Of a stretch of 64,000 bases of DNA, positions 1 to 9,428 are shown in pieces (position 1 is the stretch's first letter; each line of letters begins with the position of its first letter). The translations under genes and the position numbers were made by a program. This DNA comes from SAR86 cluster bacterium (GTDB lineage: Bacteria; Pseudomonadota; Gammaproteobacteria; Magnimaribacterales; TMED112), in NCBI GenBank assembly GCA_003331605.1, contig QOPD01000005.1, positions 4,437-68,436 of the forward strand. Direction: 5' to 3'. A model generated the notes under the pieces. The model worked only from the letters and a program-made list of their open reading frames with translations. It was not told where the DNA came from and ran no database searches.

Positions 1-374
1 GCAGGAATCTTTTCTAAACCTTGTTCTTTAACAAAATCTATAGTCATCGCTTGAGGAGAGGGGCCCGATGAATTGAGGCCATATAATTGTTTTGTTTCTG
101 CATCCCAAACAATTGCAAATAAATCACCTCCAATCCCGCAACCTGTTGGCTCAACCAACCCTAAAACAGCATTTGCTGCAATGGCAGCATCTATGGCATT
201 ACCACCTTGTCGCAACACATCAATTGCAGTCTGTGTTGCTAAAGGATGGCTTGTTGCTGCCATGCCATTTTCTGCGATAATTTCTGACCTGCTAGCAAAC
301 GGCAATCCAGTTATTCTGTCGTAGCCACTTAACATGTTTAAAAATAATAAGATTAGATAAATTGTATTTCTCAT
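1..374 (-). CDS. ggt: gamma-glutamyltransferase, N-terminal part (runs off the window)
   Basis: Not in the ORF track. Manual minus-strand translation from ATG 374: MRNTIYLILLFLNMLSGYDRITG...GMAATSHPLATQTAIDVLRQGGNAIDAAIAANAVLGLVEPTGCGIGGDLF, the typical GGT N-terminus with a signal peptide. Confidence 0.93.
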   Translation of the reverse strand, partial: MRNTIYLILLFLNMLSGYDRITGLPFASRSEIIAENGMAATSHPLATQTAIDVLRQGGNAIDAAIAANAVLGLVEPTGCGIGGDLFAIVWDAETKQLYGLNSSGPSPQAMTIDFVKEQGLEKIP

Positions 375-411
375 AGGGCTATATTAATAGTTTATATTAA
401 GGATTTAAAAG

Positions 412-552
412 TTATCCCAATCTTATTTTGTTAAATAAGATAAAAGATGTCAGACTAAAGCTGATAATATTGGAAAAAATTAAAGGCTTTGAGTCCAACA
501 GCAAACCATAAATCTTTAACTTTTGAAGGCCACAAACATGAAGAATCATCAT
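412..552 (-). pseudogene. 46-codon ORF resembling the C-terminal half of a SemiSWEET/PQ-loop transporter (possible remnant)
   Basis: Manual translation MMILHVCGLQKLKIYGLLLDSKPLIFSNIISFSLTSFILFNKIRLG*. The YG...P.I.SN...L...KI..G pattern recalls SemiSWEET TM3. The N-terminal half is missing; tRNA-Arg lies there. Confidence 0.4.
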
Positions 553-603
553 GGGCAGCAGATTAAGTATTTCAATAAAGTTTTTAATTGATTCTTGAAC
601 TCT

Positions 604-680
604 TGGTGCGCCTGGGAAGATTCGAACTCCCGACCTCTTGGTCCGTAGCCAAGCGCTCTATCCAGCTGAGCTACAAGCGC
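604..680 (-). tRNA. tRNA-Arg (anticodon ACG)
   Basis: Reverse complement GCGCTTGTAGCTCAGCTGGATAGAGC...CTTGG-CT ACG GA-CCAAG...GTTCGAATC...GGCGCACCA; cloverleaf, encoded CCA, 77 nt. Confidence 0.97.
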
Positions 681-719
681 ACACTTAGATTATAATTACA
701 AAATATAAAATCTCTAGAA

Positions 720-1784
720 ATGAAAGTAATTATTGGCGGAGCAGGCATTACAGGATTGGCTGTCGGAGCATATTTAGAAAAAAAGGAAATTGATTACAAA
801 ATTTTTGAACGGTCAGATAACATTAGCAACTCCACAACGGCCATTCAATTAGCTTCTAATTGTCGTTTTGTTTTACGTGAACTTAATCTTTTAGACGATA
901 TAAAACAACTATCTATCGAACAATCATCACTAAATGTTTATTCAGAGGACAGACACATAACAAACATTTCAGTCACCAACTCTTCTAAAGAGGGCACTTT
1001 ATTTATTCGACGAAAGGACCTGCTTTCAACTATTGCTTCTTTAATACCAACAGACAAAATTTCTTACTCGAGCACAATAGAAAATATTTCTTCAACCGAA
1101 CATAGTGTCGATGTTGGAATTAATAATAAACAACTTAGATCAGATTTATTTGTAGGTTCCCTTGGCCAACAATCTTTAGCACCATCAGATTTAACAAAAA
1201 CTAACACAATAGCGTGTTGGGGCATATCGAACACCAATGAAAGTATCTTTCAAGAATTTAATAATTTTTTGTTTAGTGGCCTAAATTTGGTTACATATCC
1301 TCTTACCTATGATCAAACAGCATTCACCTTGGTATTCGATAGCACCAAGCATCAAGTGCCTATAAATGAAATAACCTTAGAGGTGCTCAATCTGATTACT
1401 AAAAATAAATTTATTAGTCTCTTTGATAGTTCGGCCCCATTAATTACAAAACACATCTATACATCTAAAAAAAATACATGGGGTTCTAAGAGAATTATTA
1501 ATATTGGGGATGCAGCTCATACTTTGACCCCTCATTTGGCTCAGGGCGGGGCACAAGGCCTTATAGACGCTGCTTTTTTAAACTTAAACATTAATAATGA
1601 AAATATTCATGATTGTTTTTATAAAAGAAATCAATTGCTTAACACATTAAGGTCTGAAGCTAATGCGAATAAATTTAGATACCAGCTGGGCCAACCATTC
1701 AAGCTATTGAGAAATATTTATTTAAAACTACATAATCCTAATTACAGTTGGTTATTCGATAGTAAATATGAACTTAAGCATTAA
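720..1784 (+). CDS. FAD-dependent monooxygenase (salicylate hydroxylase/UbiH-like), substrate unknown
   Basis: GGAGITG dinucleotide-binding motif; IGDAAHTLTPHLAQGGAQGLIDA (GD motif). Confidence 0.85.
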   Translation: MKVIIGGAGITGLAVGAYLEKKEIDYKIFERSDNISNSTTAIQLASNCRFVLRELNLLDDIKQLSIEQSSLNVYSEDRHITNISVTNSSKEGTLFIRRKDLLSTIASLIPTDKISYSSTIENISSTEHSVDVGINNKQLRSDLFVGSLGQQSLAPSDLTKTNTIACWGISNTNESIFQEFNNFLFSGLNLVTYPLTYDQTAFTLVFDSTKHQVPINEITLEVLNLITKNKFISLFDSSAPLITKHIYTSKKNTWGSKRIINIGDAAHTLTPHLAQGGAQGLIDAAFLNLNINNENIHDCFYKRNQLLNTLRSEANANKFRYQLGQPFKLLRNIYLKLHNPNYSWLFDSKYELKH

Positions 1785-2517
1785 TCTTAATAAAATTGCA
1801 CTGCTTAGAAATGCAAGGGGTGAAGACAGTCCTTCATTGGAATATTTTGCTAATCAAGCATTAAAGCATGAAATTGCGGGTCTAACTTTGCACCCACGAC
1901 CAGATCTAAGACACATCAAGCCTGATGACGTTTATTTTCTTAAAAAAATTGTTGAAGATGAGGGAAAATTATTGAATATTGAAGGCAATCCTCTTGAAGC
2001 TAAGAGAGATAACTTTCCCGGATATTGTGAAATAATTGAAGAGGCAAAGCCATATCAAGCAACACTAGTACCAGATGATTCTAGTCAAATTACCTCAGAT
2101 CACGGCTGGCAGAGCTCACAAAAAGATGTTTTAACCAATTATGCAGAAAGAATTAAACCAAATGTTTCTGTGCTAAGTATATTTGTTGATTCCGATACTG
2201 AAAATTTAGCAGAGCTGATATCACCAGATATTAATGCCATAGAAATATTTACTGGCCCTTATGCGAAAGCTTTTGCAACAGGCAAGCAGAATCTAATTGG
2301 TGATGAATTGAGAAGAATAGAGAAAATTTCATTGCAGGCTAGAGACCTTGGTTTACAGGTGAATGCTGGCCATGATTTAGATCTTACTAATCTTCAACCA
2401 CTAGTTAAATTAAATTTAATTGATGAAGTTTCAATTGGTCATGCCATAATAAGTGATTCATTAATAAACGGATTTAACACAACTATTAATAACTATCTGG
2501 AGATCATAAATGGATAA
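1768..2517 (+). CDS. pdxJ: pyridoxine 5'-phosphate synthase
   Basis: SINLNKIALLRNAR, TLHPRPDLRHI, VNAGHDL, EVSIGHAII motifs. Confidence 0.97.
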   Translation: MNLSINLNKIALLRNARGEDSPSLEYFANQALKHEIAGLTLHPRPDLRHIKPDDVYFLKKIVEDEGKLLNIEGNPLEAKRDNFPGYCEIIEEAKPYQATLVPDDSSQITSDHGWQSSQKDVLTNYAERIKPNVSVLSIFVDSDTENLAELISPDINAIEIFTGPYAKAFATGKQNLIGDELRRIEKISLQARDLGLQVNAGHDLDLTNLQPLVKLNLIDEVSIGHAIISDSLINGFNTTINNYLEIING

Positions 2518-2815
2518 AGTTACAGCCGATATAAAAGAACAAATTGATTCAAACAAAGTTTTAATTTTTATGAAAGGATCACCCTATCAACCTCAATGTG
2601 GGTTTTCTGCCAAGGTTGCACAGATACTCTTTTCATATGACGTTGAATTTAGTTATATCGATGTTTTGGAATTTCCAGAAGTAAGACAAACCTTACCGTC
2701 CATTTCAAATTGGCCAACGTTCCCACAGCTTTTTGTAGATGGGGAGTTAATTGGTGGCTGCGATATCGTGACAGAGCTTCATGAATCCGAAGAGCTCAAA
2801 GATATCTTAAGCTGA
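2510..2815 (+). CDS. grxD: monothiol glutaredoxin Grx4
   Basis: FMKGSP..PQCGFS and WPTFPQLFVDGELIGGCDI. Confidence 0.97.
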   Translation: MDKVTADIKEQIDSNKVLIFMKGSPYQPQCGFSAKVAQILFSYDVEFSYIDVLEFPEVRQTLPSISNWPTFPQLFVDGELIGGCDIVTELHESEELKDILS

Positions 2816-3280
2816 TTTAATTTGGCTTTGTAAGAAGTTTTCCTTTCCTACTTTGTCAACCAGAGCCAGTTGAGTTTCAAGATGATCAACGTGCTCTTCT
2901 TCACTTTCTAGAATCTTTTGCAGCAGGTCTCTCGAGACAAAATCTTTAACGCTCTCGCAATGTTTAATCGCATCCTTAAGGTCAGGAATAGCTTCGTGCT
3001 CAAGTTTTAAGTCATTGGATAAAACCTCAACAGGTTCTTCAGCAATGTATAAAACTCCAAGATCTTGCAAATTAGGCAGGCCCTCTAAAAATAAAACTCT
3101 TTGAATTAATTTATCGGCATGTTGCATCTCATCCATAGATTCTGAATATTCGTACTCAGCAAATTTATCTAAACCCCAGTCAGACAACATTCTAGAATGG
3201 AGGAAGTACTGGTTAATTGCTCTTAATTCGTTGTATAGAATTTTGTTTAGGTGTGCGATGACTTTGTCGTTTCCTTGCAT
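2807..3280 (-). CDS. bfr: bacterioferritin
   Basis: ELRAINQYFLH, DEMQHAD (heme Met, ferroxidase E/H), EEEHVD; 157 aa. Confidence 0.98.
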   Translation of the reverse strand: MQGNDKVIAHLNKILYNELRAINQYFLHSRMLSDWGLDKFAEYEYSESMDEMQHADKLIQRVLFLEGLPNLQDLGVLYIAEEPVEVLSNDLKLEHEAIPDLKDAIKHCESVKDFVSRDLLQKILESEEEHVDHLETQLALVDKVGKENFLQSQIKSA

Positions 3281-3360
3281 AATGAATTTATATTGTTAAT
3301 GGAGTTAAAAATCAAGCAAATAACGAATTTTGCTAATGATACTCATTCTTATTTAGGAGA

Positions 3361-3531
3361 TTATTTTTTTGTTTGGATTTTTTTTACCAAAGATTCTATG
3401 GAAGGACGACATTTGCCACATTTTGACGAAAAACCTAAGTCTTTTTGAGATTCATTAATGTTGCAATCGCACCTTTGATATGAATCTCTTAGATCATTTT
3501 CAGTTATTTTTTTGCATATACAAACGTACAT
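3361..3531 (-). CDS. bfd: bacterioferritin-associated [2Fe-2S] ferredoxin, 56 aa (missed by ORF track)
   Basis: Manual translation MYVCICKKITENDLRD...LGFSSKCGKCRPSIESLVKKIQTKK*: MYVCxC plus CGKC; directly upstream of bfr. Confidence 0.95.
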   Translation of the reverse strand: MYVCICKKITENDLRDSYQRCDCNINESQKDLGFSSKCGKCRPSIESLVKKIQTKK

Positions 3532-3537
3532 TTCTAA

Positions 3538-3566
3538 ATAATAATGAGAATCATTATCATTTGCAA
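3538..3566 (-). promoter_or_regulatory. Fur-box-containing sigma70 promoter of bfd
   Basis: 3540-3558 AATAATGAGAATCATTATC is 17/19 to GATAATGATAATCATTATC. On the minus strand: TTGCAA, 17 nt, TATTAT, 6 nt, ATG. Confidence 0.85.
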
Positions 3567-4124
3567 TTAGTGTGTTAAATTTTTATATAAATTTGCTATA
3601 GCAAGATTTTTTTCAGTATCTAGAGTAAGTTTTTTCTTAGAATTTTTTGTTCGTTGTCGTTTGGCATTGTAACGTTCTTGCGATGAGGCTCGTGGTTTTG
3701 TGGTTGCTTCAATAGCAACTTCTTTAATATGAATACAATCCACTGGACAAGGTTCAACACACAATTCACATCCTGTGCAAGTTGTTGAATCAATGTGATG
3801 TAATTTGTTGGGAGCTCCGATAATTGCATCTACTGGACATTTGGGAATGCACTTAGCGCAACCTATGCATACATCCTCATCAATAAATAGAATTTGCTCA
3901 TTGATTGTTGGGCCAAAATTATCATCTAATGATTTGGTATCTTTAGATAAGATTTGGTTGAGTTTCTTTAAAGTGTTAGTGCCGCCAGGCAAACACCTAT
4001 TGTTAGGAGCGCCATTGGCCATTTCTTGAGCATACTCCATACAACCTGGAGTATTGCACCTCCCACACTGCAATTGAGGCAATGCATCATGTAGTTCTTT
4101 TATCTTAATCTGATTTGATGCCAA
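3567..4124 (-). CDS. rnfB: RnfB/RsxB-like 4Fe-4S ferredoxin without an N-terminal membrane anchor
   Basis: LPQLQCGRCNTPGC, CIGCAKCIPKCPVDAI and CTGCELCVEPCPVDCI; no other rnf genes in the window. Confidence 0.85.
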   Translation of the reverse strand: MASNQIKIKELHDALPQLQCGRCNTPGCMEYAQEMANGAPNNRCLPGGTNTLKKLNQILSKDTKSLDDNFGPTINEQILFIDEDVCIGCAKCIPKCPVDAIIGAPNKLHHIDSTTCTGCELCVEPCPVDCIHIKEVAIEATTKPRASSQERYNAKRQRTKNSKKKLTLDTEKNLAIANLYKNLTH

Positions 4125-5136
4125 GACGTTCGTGAATAGTTGTGTTTGAGGTTGTGTATCCGAAAGGAACTCTTTCTTCGGGATAGATTCTCTTAAAAGC
4201 TTTTTGAACTGCTAAGGTGGTTTCGTGAAATCCAGAAAGTATAAGATTAAGCTTTCCTGGATAGTTGTTTATATCTCCGACAGCGAAAATCCCTTGTTTG
4301 TTGGTTTCATAACACTCTGTATCAACCTCAATTTTTTTGCCATTGTTTTCCAAACCCCAATCCAATAAAGGGCCTAATTTTTTATTGAGCCCATAAAAGA
4401 ATAAGATATTGTCAGCTGACAAAGTTATATCTTTTTTAGTATCAGAGTTGTATAAGATTACTTCACCAAGCTCACCTAATGAATCAAGTTCAACATCTTT
4501 TATGATATGGGGTGTTAGAAGGTTAATTTTTTTCTTGGCAGCTAAATCTCGTACTTTCATTTCTGTATCAGGAGCGCCTCTAAATGCATCTCTTCTATGG
4601 ATTAAAGTTACTTCGGAAGCAATTTTTTCCAGTTCAATTGACCAATCTAGAGCGCTATCGCCACCACCAAAAACCAAGACTTTTTTGCCTTCATAAGCCT
4701 TTTTATCTTTTACTGAGTAGTGCACTTGTTTGTCTTCAAGTTGTGAAATATCTGTATTGATATTAGGTTTTATCGGTTCAAATGCACCTGCACCTGCGGC
4801 AATAAAAACATTTAAAGATTCAAATTGTTTTCCTGCATTGGTCGTAACAAGCCACCCATTGTTTTTTTGCTCAATTTGCTCAACTCTTTGGTTGAGATGA
4901 AGTTTGTAGTCAAAAGGTTTGATTTGCTTTAAAAGAGCATCAACGTGCTCTTGGCCAGTTTGATAGGGGACTCCAGGTATATCGAATATTGGTTTTTCAG
5001 GGTAAAGTTCAGCACATTGCCCACCTGGTTTGTCGAGATTATCGATCAATGTACAATTTAGTCCAAGTATGCCAGCTTCAAATACTGTAAAAAGACCGAC
5101 TGGTCCTGCACCAATCACAATAATGTCGGTTTTCAT
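4105..5136 (-). CDS. ferredoxin-NADP+ reductase, thioredoxin-reductase-like (YumC) type
   Basis: [55 protein letters not shown]; no redox CxxC. Confidence 0.92.
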   Translation of the reverse strand: MKTDIIVIGAGPVGLFTVFEAGILGLNCTLIDNLDKPGGQCAELYPEKPIFDIPGVPYQTGQEHVDALLKQIKPFDYKLHLNQRVEQIEQKNNGWLVTTNAGKQFESLNVFIAAGAGAFEPIKPNINTDISQLEDKQVHYSVKDKKAYEGKKVLVFGGGDSALDWSIELEKIASEVTLIHRRDAFRGAPDTEMKVRDLAAKKKINLLTPHIIKDVELDSLGELGEVILYNSDTKKDITLSADNILFFYGLNKKLGPLLDWGLENNGKKIEVDTECYETNKQGIFAVGDINNYPGKLNLILSGFHETTLAVQKAFKRIYPEERVPFGYTTSNTTIHERLGIKSD

Positions 5137-5465
5137 TTAACCCTCATGCCTGGCACGGCACCAGCATCGGGCGAGATCATAAATATTTCTTCACCACCTG
5201 GTCCTGCTGCAAGAATCATTCCTTCAGATAAACCAAATTTCATTTTTCTTGGTTGGAGATTGTTCACAACAACAACGAACTTATTGGTTAATTGTTCAAG
5301 TGTGTAGGCTGCTTTTATTCCTGCAAAGACTGTCTTCTCACCACACTCTCCAATATCCAAAATCAGTTTCACTAATTTATCAGCTTCAGGAACTTCGATT
5401 GCTTCTTTGATTTGTGCAATTCTTAAATCAACTTTTGCAAAATCGTCTATTGTTATTTCACTCAT
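5133..5465 (-). CDS. stand-alone MetRS C-terminal tRNA-binding/dimerisation OB domain (Trbp111-like)
   Basis: [14 protein letters not shown]...[23 protein letters not shown]...SPDAGAVPG matches the MetG C-terminal domain. The ATG overlaps the metG stop (ATGA). Confidence 0.92.
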   Translation of the reverse strand: MSEITIDDFAKVDLRIAQIKEAIEVPEADKLVKLILDIGECGEKTVFAGIKAAYTLEQLTNKFVVVVNNLQPRKMKFGLSEGMILAAGPGGEEIFMISPDAGAVPGMRVK

Positions 5466-7072
5466 AAACTATCAACTAATTTGTTCACTTCTTTTATATC
5501 AAGTCTTTTAATAATATGGCTATATTCATTTATTTCATCAATATTTGGCTTAAAAGTATTTGAATATTTCAGATCTGTCTGATTTAAAAGCTCTTGGACT
5601 CTTTTTGTTATTTCTGGCATGAATGGATGGAGAAGCGTGTTTAGTGATTGAAATACATGCACTGCTTCGCTACAAACATCCAAGCATTCATCGTTTTTTC
5701 CTTCTTTTGCAAGATTCCAAGGTTCTTGTTCCGATATGTAAGCATTTATCTCATCTGCAATGCTCATTATCTCTTTTATTGCTTTCGAATACTCTCTGTT
5801 ATCTGTGAAGGCAATTATTTGTTCGTATCGACCAGCAAATGATTCATTAAGCTTACTGCTGCTGTAAATTATTTTTCCATTACCAATTTTGTGAACAAAT
5901 TTAATGGTTCGGCTGACAATATTGATAAATTTACCAACCAAATCGCTATTTACCTTTTGAACAAAATCTTCTAGTGAGAAATCTATATCTGAAATATCAT
6001 TACTCAATTTAGAACATATGTAGTATCGATAGAAATCTGCCTCTGCGTAGCTAAGAGCATCATCAGCTAAGACAAAATTCCCTCGTGATTTAGACATTTT
6101 TTCACCCTCAATTGTCATAAACCCATGCACATGAACCTCTTCTAATTGTTTTAATTGTGCTGCATGCAAAGTAGCTGGCCAGAACAATAAATGAAAATAC
6201 ATAATATCTTTGCCTATAAAGTGCATTAATTTAGCATCCTCAGTATTCATCAGCTGATCGTAATCAATATCATTCTGTTCACACCAGTTTTTTATTGATG
6301 ATAGGTATCCTACTGGTGCATCCAACCAGACATAGATGTATTTATCCTCTTCACCAGGAATTAAAAAGCCAAAATATGGCTTATCTCTTGATATATCCCA
6401 GTCATTAAGATCGCCATCAAGCCACTCATTGAGTTTGTGTTTTACTGGATCTTGCTTTGAAAAATTATCAATATTGGATTTCAAAAAATCTTTGAAGACA
6501 CTTAAAGAAAAAAAGTAGTGTTTCGAGGTCTTAACTGAAGGTTTTGTGTTTGAAAGTGTAGAGATAGGATCCAGTAAATCAAGAGCATCGTATGTAGTGC
6601 CACATCTTTCACATGCATCGCCATATTGATCATCGGCCTTACATTTTGGACAACCACCTTTAACGAAACGATCGGCTAAGAAGATATTTTCTTGATCATC
6701 AAATAACTGTTGAATGTCTTTTGAGTAGATGTATTTGTTTGCTGATATCTTGTTATATAGCTCATAGACAAGGTCTTTGCTCTCATCGCTATGGGTGCTA
6801 TGAAAATTGGACAGATTGACATTAAATTTTTTAAAAGTATGTTCGTGCTTTATTTTCATGTCATTGACTATATCCTCTGGAGCTATTCTTTGCTCTTTGG
6901 CTTTAAGCATTATTGGGGTACCGTGAGTATCACTAGCACAAAAGTACAATGCATCGTGTCCTTGCAGTTTTTTGTGCCTGACCCATGCATCTGCTTGTAC
7001 AATCTCTAAAACATGGCCTAAATGCAGTTCAGCATTGGCATAAGGAAGGGCGCTGGTGACAAGATATTTCAT
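5462..7072 (-). CDS. metG: methionine-tRNA ligase (catalytic plus anticodon-binding domains)
   Basis: [17 protein letters not shown] (HIGH), Zn knuckle CPKC...CERC, KMSKS. Start moved to ATG 7072; the track's 28-aa extension overlaps apbC. Confidence 0.97.
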   Translation of the reverse strand: MKYLVTSALPYANAELHLGHVLEIVQADAWVRHKKLQGHDALYFCASDTHGTPIMLKAKEQRIAPEDIVNDMKIKHEHTFKKFNVNLSNFHSTHSDESKDLVYELYNKISANKYIYSKDIQQLFDDQENIFLADRFVKGGCPKCKADDQYGDACERCGTTYDALDLLDPISTLSNTKPSVKTSKHYFFSLSVFKDFLKSNIDNFSKQDPVKHKLNEWLDGDLNDWDISRDKPYFGFLIPGEEDKYIYVWLDAPVGYLSSIKNWCEQNDIDYDQLMNTEDAKLMHFIGKDIMYFHLLFWPATLHAAQLKQLEEVHVHGFMTIEGEKMSKSRGNFVLADDALSYAEADFYRYYICSKLSNDISDIDFSLEDFVQKVNSDLVGKFINIVSRTIKFVHKIGNGKIIYSSSKLNESFAGRYEQIIAFTDNREYSKAIKEIMSIADEINAYISEQEPWNLAKEGKNDECLDVCSEAVHVFQSLNTLLHPFMPEITKRVQELLNQTDLKYSNTFKPNIDEINEYSHIIKRLDIKEVNKLVDSL

Positions 7073-7106
7073 GTTGTAACCGAAATTATATGTTACTTTT
7101 AGGTGT

Positions 7107-7781
7107 ATGGAAAAAATTGCAATTTGTTCAGCCAAAGGAGGAGTTGGAAAGACCACAATAGCTTATAGTCTGGCGATGAAATACCACAAAGCTGGAAAAA
7201 AAATTGGATTGTTAGACGCGGATATTTATGGCCCCAATCTTATAAATTTATTCGCTTACACCAACCCCAATCAAAATGCACATAATTCTAAAATAACACC
7301 TGCAAAGCTCCCATACTTAATAGATGGGATTGAATTTTCTTCTACAGACTTATTATTTAATCCAGATGATGCTGCAATGCTACGAGGCCCAATGCTAAGC
7401 AAGATACTCATAGAGCTTTATAAAAAATCTTTCTCTGCAGATCTAGATTATCTATTTATTGATATGCCCCCCGGTACAGGAGATGCTTACATAACTGTTT
7501 TCAAAGATTTAAATATAAAAAAAGCTGTACTAGTTTACGTCGATGATCCACTTTGCATTGCTGACCTTAAACGCACCATTAAAATGCTTGATCTGCTTCG
7601 AGTTGATGTCGTTGCTGCAATTGAAAACCTTGCTGAGAGTGAACAAACCATAACTAACGACGAAATAATGACTCTAGACGTAAATAAAACTCTTACTATC
7701 CCTAGAATAGCGCGCCACGAATTATATAATAAGTACTTACGAACTGGAAAATTAGAAAAATTGTTACCTGAAACATTATGA
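7107..7781 (+). CDS. apbC: Mrp/ApbC-family P-loop NTPase, short and degenerate
   Basis: SAKGGVGKTT, LLDADIYGP, RGPML, DMPPGTGD; divergent from metG as in many gammaproteobacteria. Confidence 0.85.
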   Translation: MEKIAICSAKGGVGKTTIAYSLAMKYHKAGKKIGLLDADIYGPNLINLFAYTNPNQNAHNSKITPAKLPYLIDGIEFSSTDLLFNPDDAAMLRGPMLSKILIELYKKSFSADLDYLFIDMPPGTGDAYITVFKDLNIKKAVLVYVDDPLCIADLKRTIKMLDLLRVDVVAAIENLAESEQTITNDEIMTLDVNKTLTIPRIARHELYNKYLRTGKLEKLLPETL

Positions 7782-8506
7782 AACTACGATTATTTGCTTT
7801 AACCCTTTTAGCCTTAATTGTCTTTTCTCAGGAATCTGAAAGAAACAATATAGACCCTTTTGAAGATATTAACCGAATAGTATTTGATATTTCAGATGAC
7901 TTAGATCAAGCAGTTCTGAGGCCAGCTGCTGAATTTTATAGTGAATACACTCCGTTGTATTTGAAAAATGGAATCACCAATGTTTTTAGCAATCTATCTG
8001 AAGTGGACACTATCGTTAACCAGCTTTTACAAGGTAAGGTTTGGTACGCAGCACAAGATACGGGAAGATTTGTTATTAATTCAACAGTGGGGATTGCTGG
8101 GTTCTTTGACATAGCCAGTAGTGCAGGTCTTGAGAAGCACGACGAAGATTTTGGTCAAACATTGGGCTATTGGGGTGTGCCATCAGGTTTTTACCTTTTT
8201 GTGCCGTTTCTTGGCCCAACCACTTTAAGAGATATGTTAGCTAAGCCAACAAGTTGGTTTTTGTCAGGTAATTTTTCAGTATCAGATGAAGAGGCTTCTA
8301 TATTTCTAAATGCTTTAGACGTTATTGAAACACGTGAACGCCTATTAATAGCAGAAAACCTTATTGTTGGCGATAAGTATGATTTTGTTAGAGACGCATA
8401 TTTGCAATCCAGAGAATATCTTGCTGCGGATGGTGAAATTGAAGATGATTTTCTTACAGATTTGGAACTGGATTTTTTTGATGAAGATTCACCTGAAAAT
8501 CTTTAA
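7778..8506 (+). CDS. mlaA: MlaA/VacJ-family protein
   Basis: DPFEDINR, RFVINSTVGIAGFFDIA, EDFGQTLGYWGV, PFLGPTTLRD. Confidence 0.95.
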   Translation: MKLRLFALTLLALIVFSQESERNNIDPFEDINRIVFDISDDLDQAVLRPAAEFYSEYTPLYLKNGITNVFSNLSEVDTIVNQLLQGKVWYAAQDTGRFVINSTVGIAGFFDIASSAGLEKHDEDFGQTLGYWGVPSGFYLFVPFLGPTTLRDMLAKPTSWFLSGNFSVSDEEASIFLNALDVIETRERLLIAENLIVGDKYDFVRDAYLQSREYLAADGEIEDDFLTDLELDFFDEDSPENL

Positions 8507-9425
8507 ATAAATCAACCATATTTGAATTAGTATCTTTTAACGAATCCAAAAGTTTATTTCGTTGTTTTTTTTGAATTGATAATGATTTAAGCATTACCAT
8601 TAGATGATTTATTGCTCGATTCACATCACCGTTATCTTCAAGATTTAGAATGTACTTCATATATGCATTCAATGCTTCAATGGGTGATGCTGTTGATTCA
8701 TTAAAAAGGTTTTTATCAACATCACAAAGAAATAGTGGATCAGCATATATTTTTCTGCCCAACATCACACCATCAACATGATTTAGGTGACTATTAACTT
8801 GATCTATTGATTCAATGCCACCATTGATAATGATTTTTAAATCAGGAAATGCATTTTTTATTTCATAAACGGCATCGTATTGTAGAGGAGGAATGGATCT
8901 ATTTCGTTTTGTATCTAGCGCACTTATAGCTTTTCGTGCATGAATGATAAAAGTGGCTACGCCACAATCTTTAATCTCAGAGATAAAGCCATGTAAAAAT
9001 TTATAACCCTCGCAATCATCAACACCAATACGACATTTAATAGTCAAAGGCACTAAAATTTTTTTTTGCATTGCCCTTACACAATTTGATAGAAGTTTAA
9101 TATCTTTCATCAGGAACACACCAAAATTTCCTGATTTTACTTTTTTTGAAGGGCAGCCCACATTCAGATTAATTTCGTTGTAATTGTAATCTGATGCTAC
9201 CTCCACGGCATTGGCAAGATCATCTGGATCAGAGCCACCCAGCTGTAAAACCAATGGATTCTGATTGGGTATATCGTCCAGAAGTTTTTTTACATTGCCT
9301 CTTAATATGGCACTTGAATGGATCATTTCTGTATACAGCAAAGTATTTTTAGATAAATTTCTGCATAAAAACCGGAAATGTTTATCCGTTCTTTTCATCA
9401 TTGGTGCTACAGAAAATAAATGCAT
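8454..9425 (-). CDS. dusA: tRNA dihydrouridine synthase A
   Basis: FSVAPMM..TD.HFR, LQLGGSDP, NLNVGCPS, IIHARKA, INGGI. Confidence 0.93.
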   Translation of the reverse strand: MHLFSVAPMMKRTDKHFRFLCRNLSKNTLLYTEMIHSSAILRGNVKKLLDDIPNQNPLVLQLGGSDPDDLANAVEVASDYNYNEINLNVGCPSKKVKSGNFGVFLMKDIKLLSNCVRAMQKKILVPLTIKCRIGVDDCEGYKFLHGFISEIKDCGVATFIIHARKAISALDTKRNRSIPPLQYDAVYEIKNAFPDLKIIINGGIESIDQVNSHLNHVDGVMLGRKIYADPLFLCDVDKNLFNESTASPIEALNAYMKYILNLEDNGDVNRAINHLMVMLKSLSIQKKQRNKLLDSLKDTNSNMVDLFKDFQVNLHQKNPVPNL

Positions 9426-9428
9426 AAA

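Noticed and set aside
73-324. Plus-strand ORFs 73-324 and 92-280
   Set aside because: Antisense shadows of ggt, which is clearly encoded on the minus strand.
720-1784. FAD monooxygenase as kynurenine 3-monooxygenase partnering the IDO
   Set aside because: 38 kb away and no KMO-specific motif recognised; only generic flavin motifs.
3251-3448. 65-aa plus-strand ORF
   Set aside because: Antisense to bfd and the bfr start; no motif.
7073-7156. N-terminal extension of MetG in the ORF track
   Set aside because: Overlaps divergent apbC; homology begins at [11 protein letters not shown].
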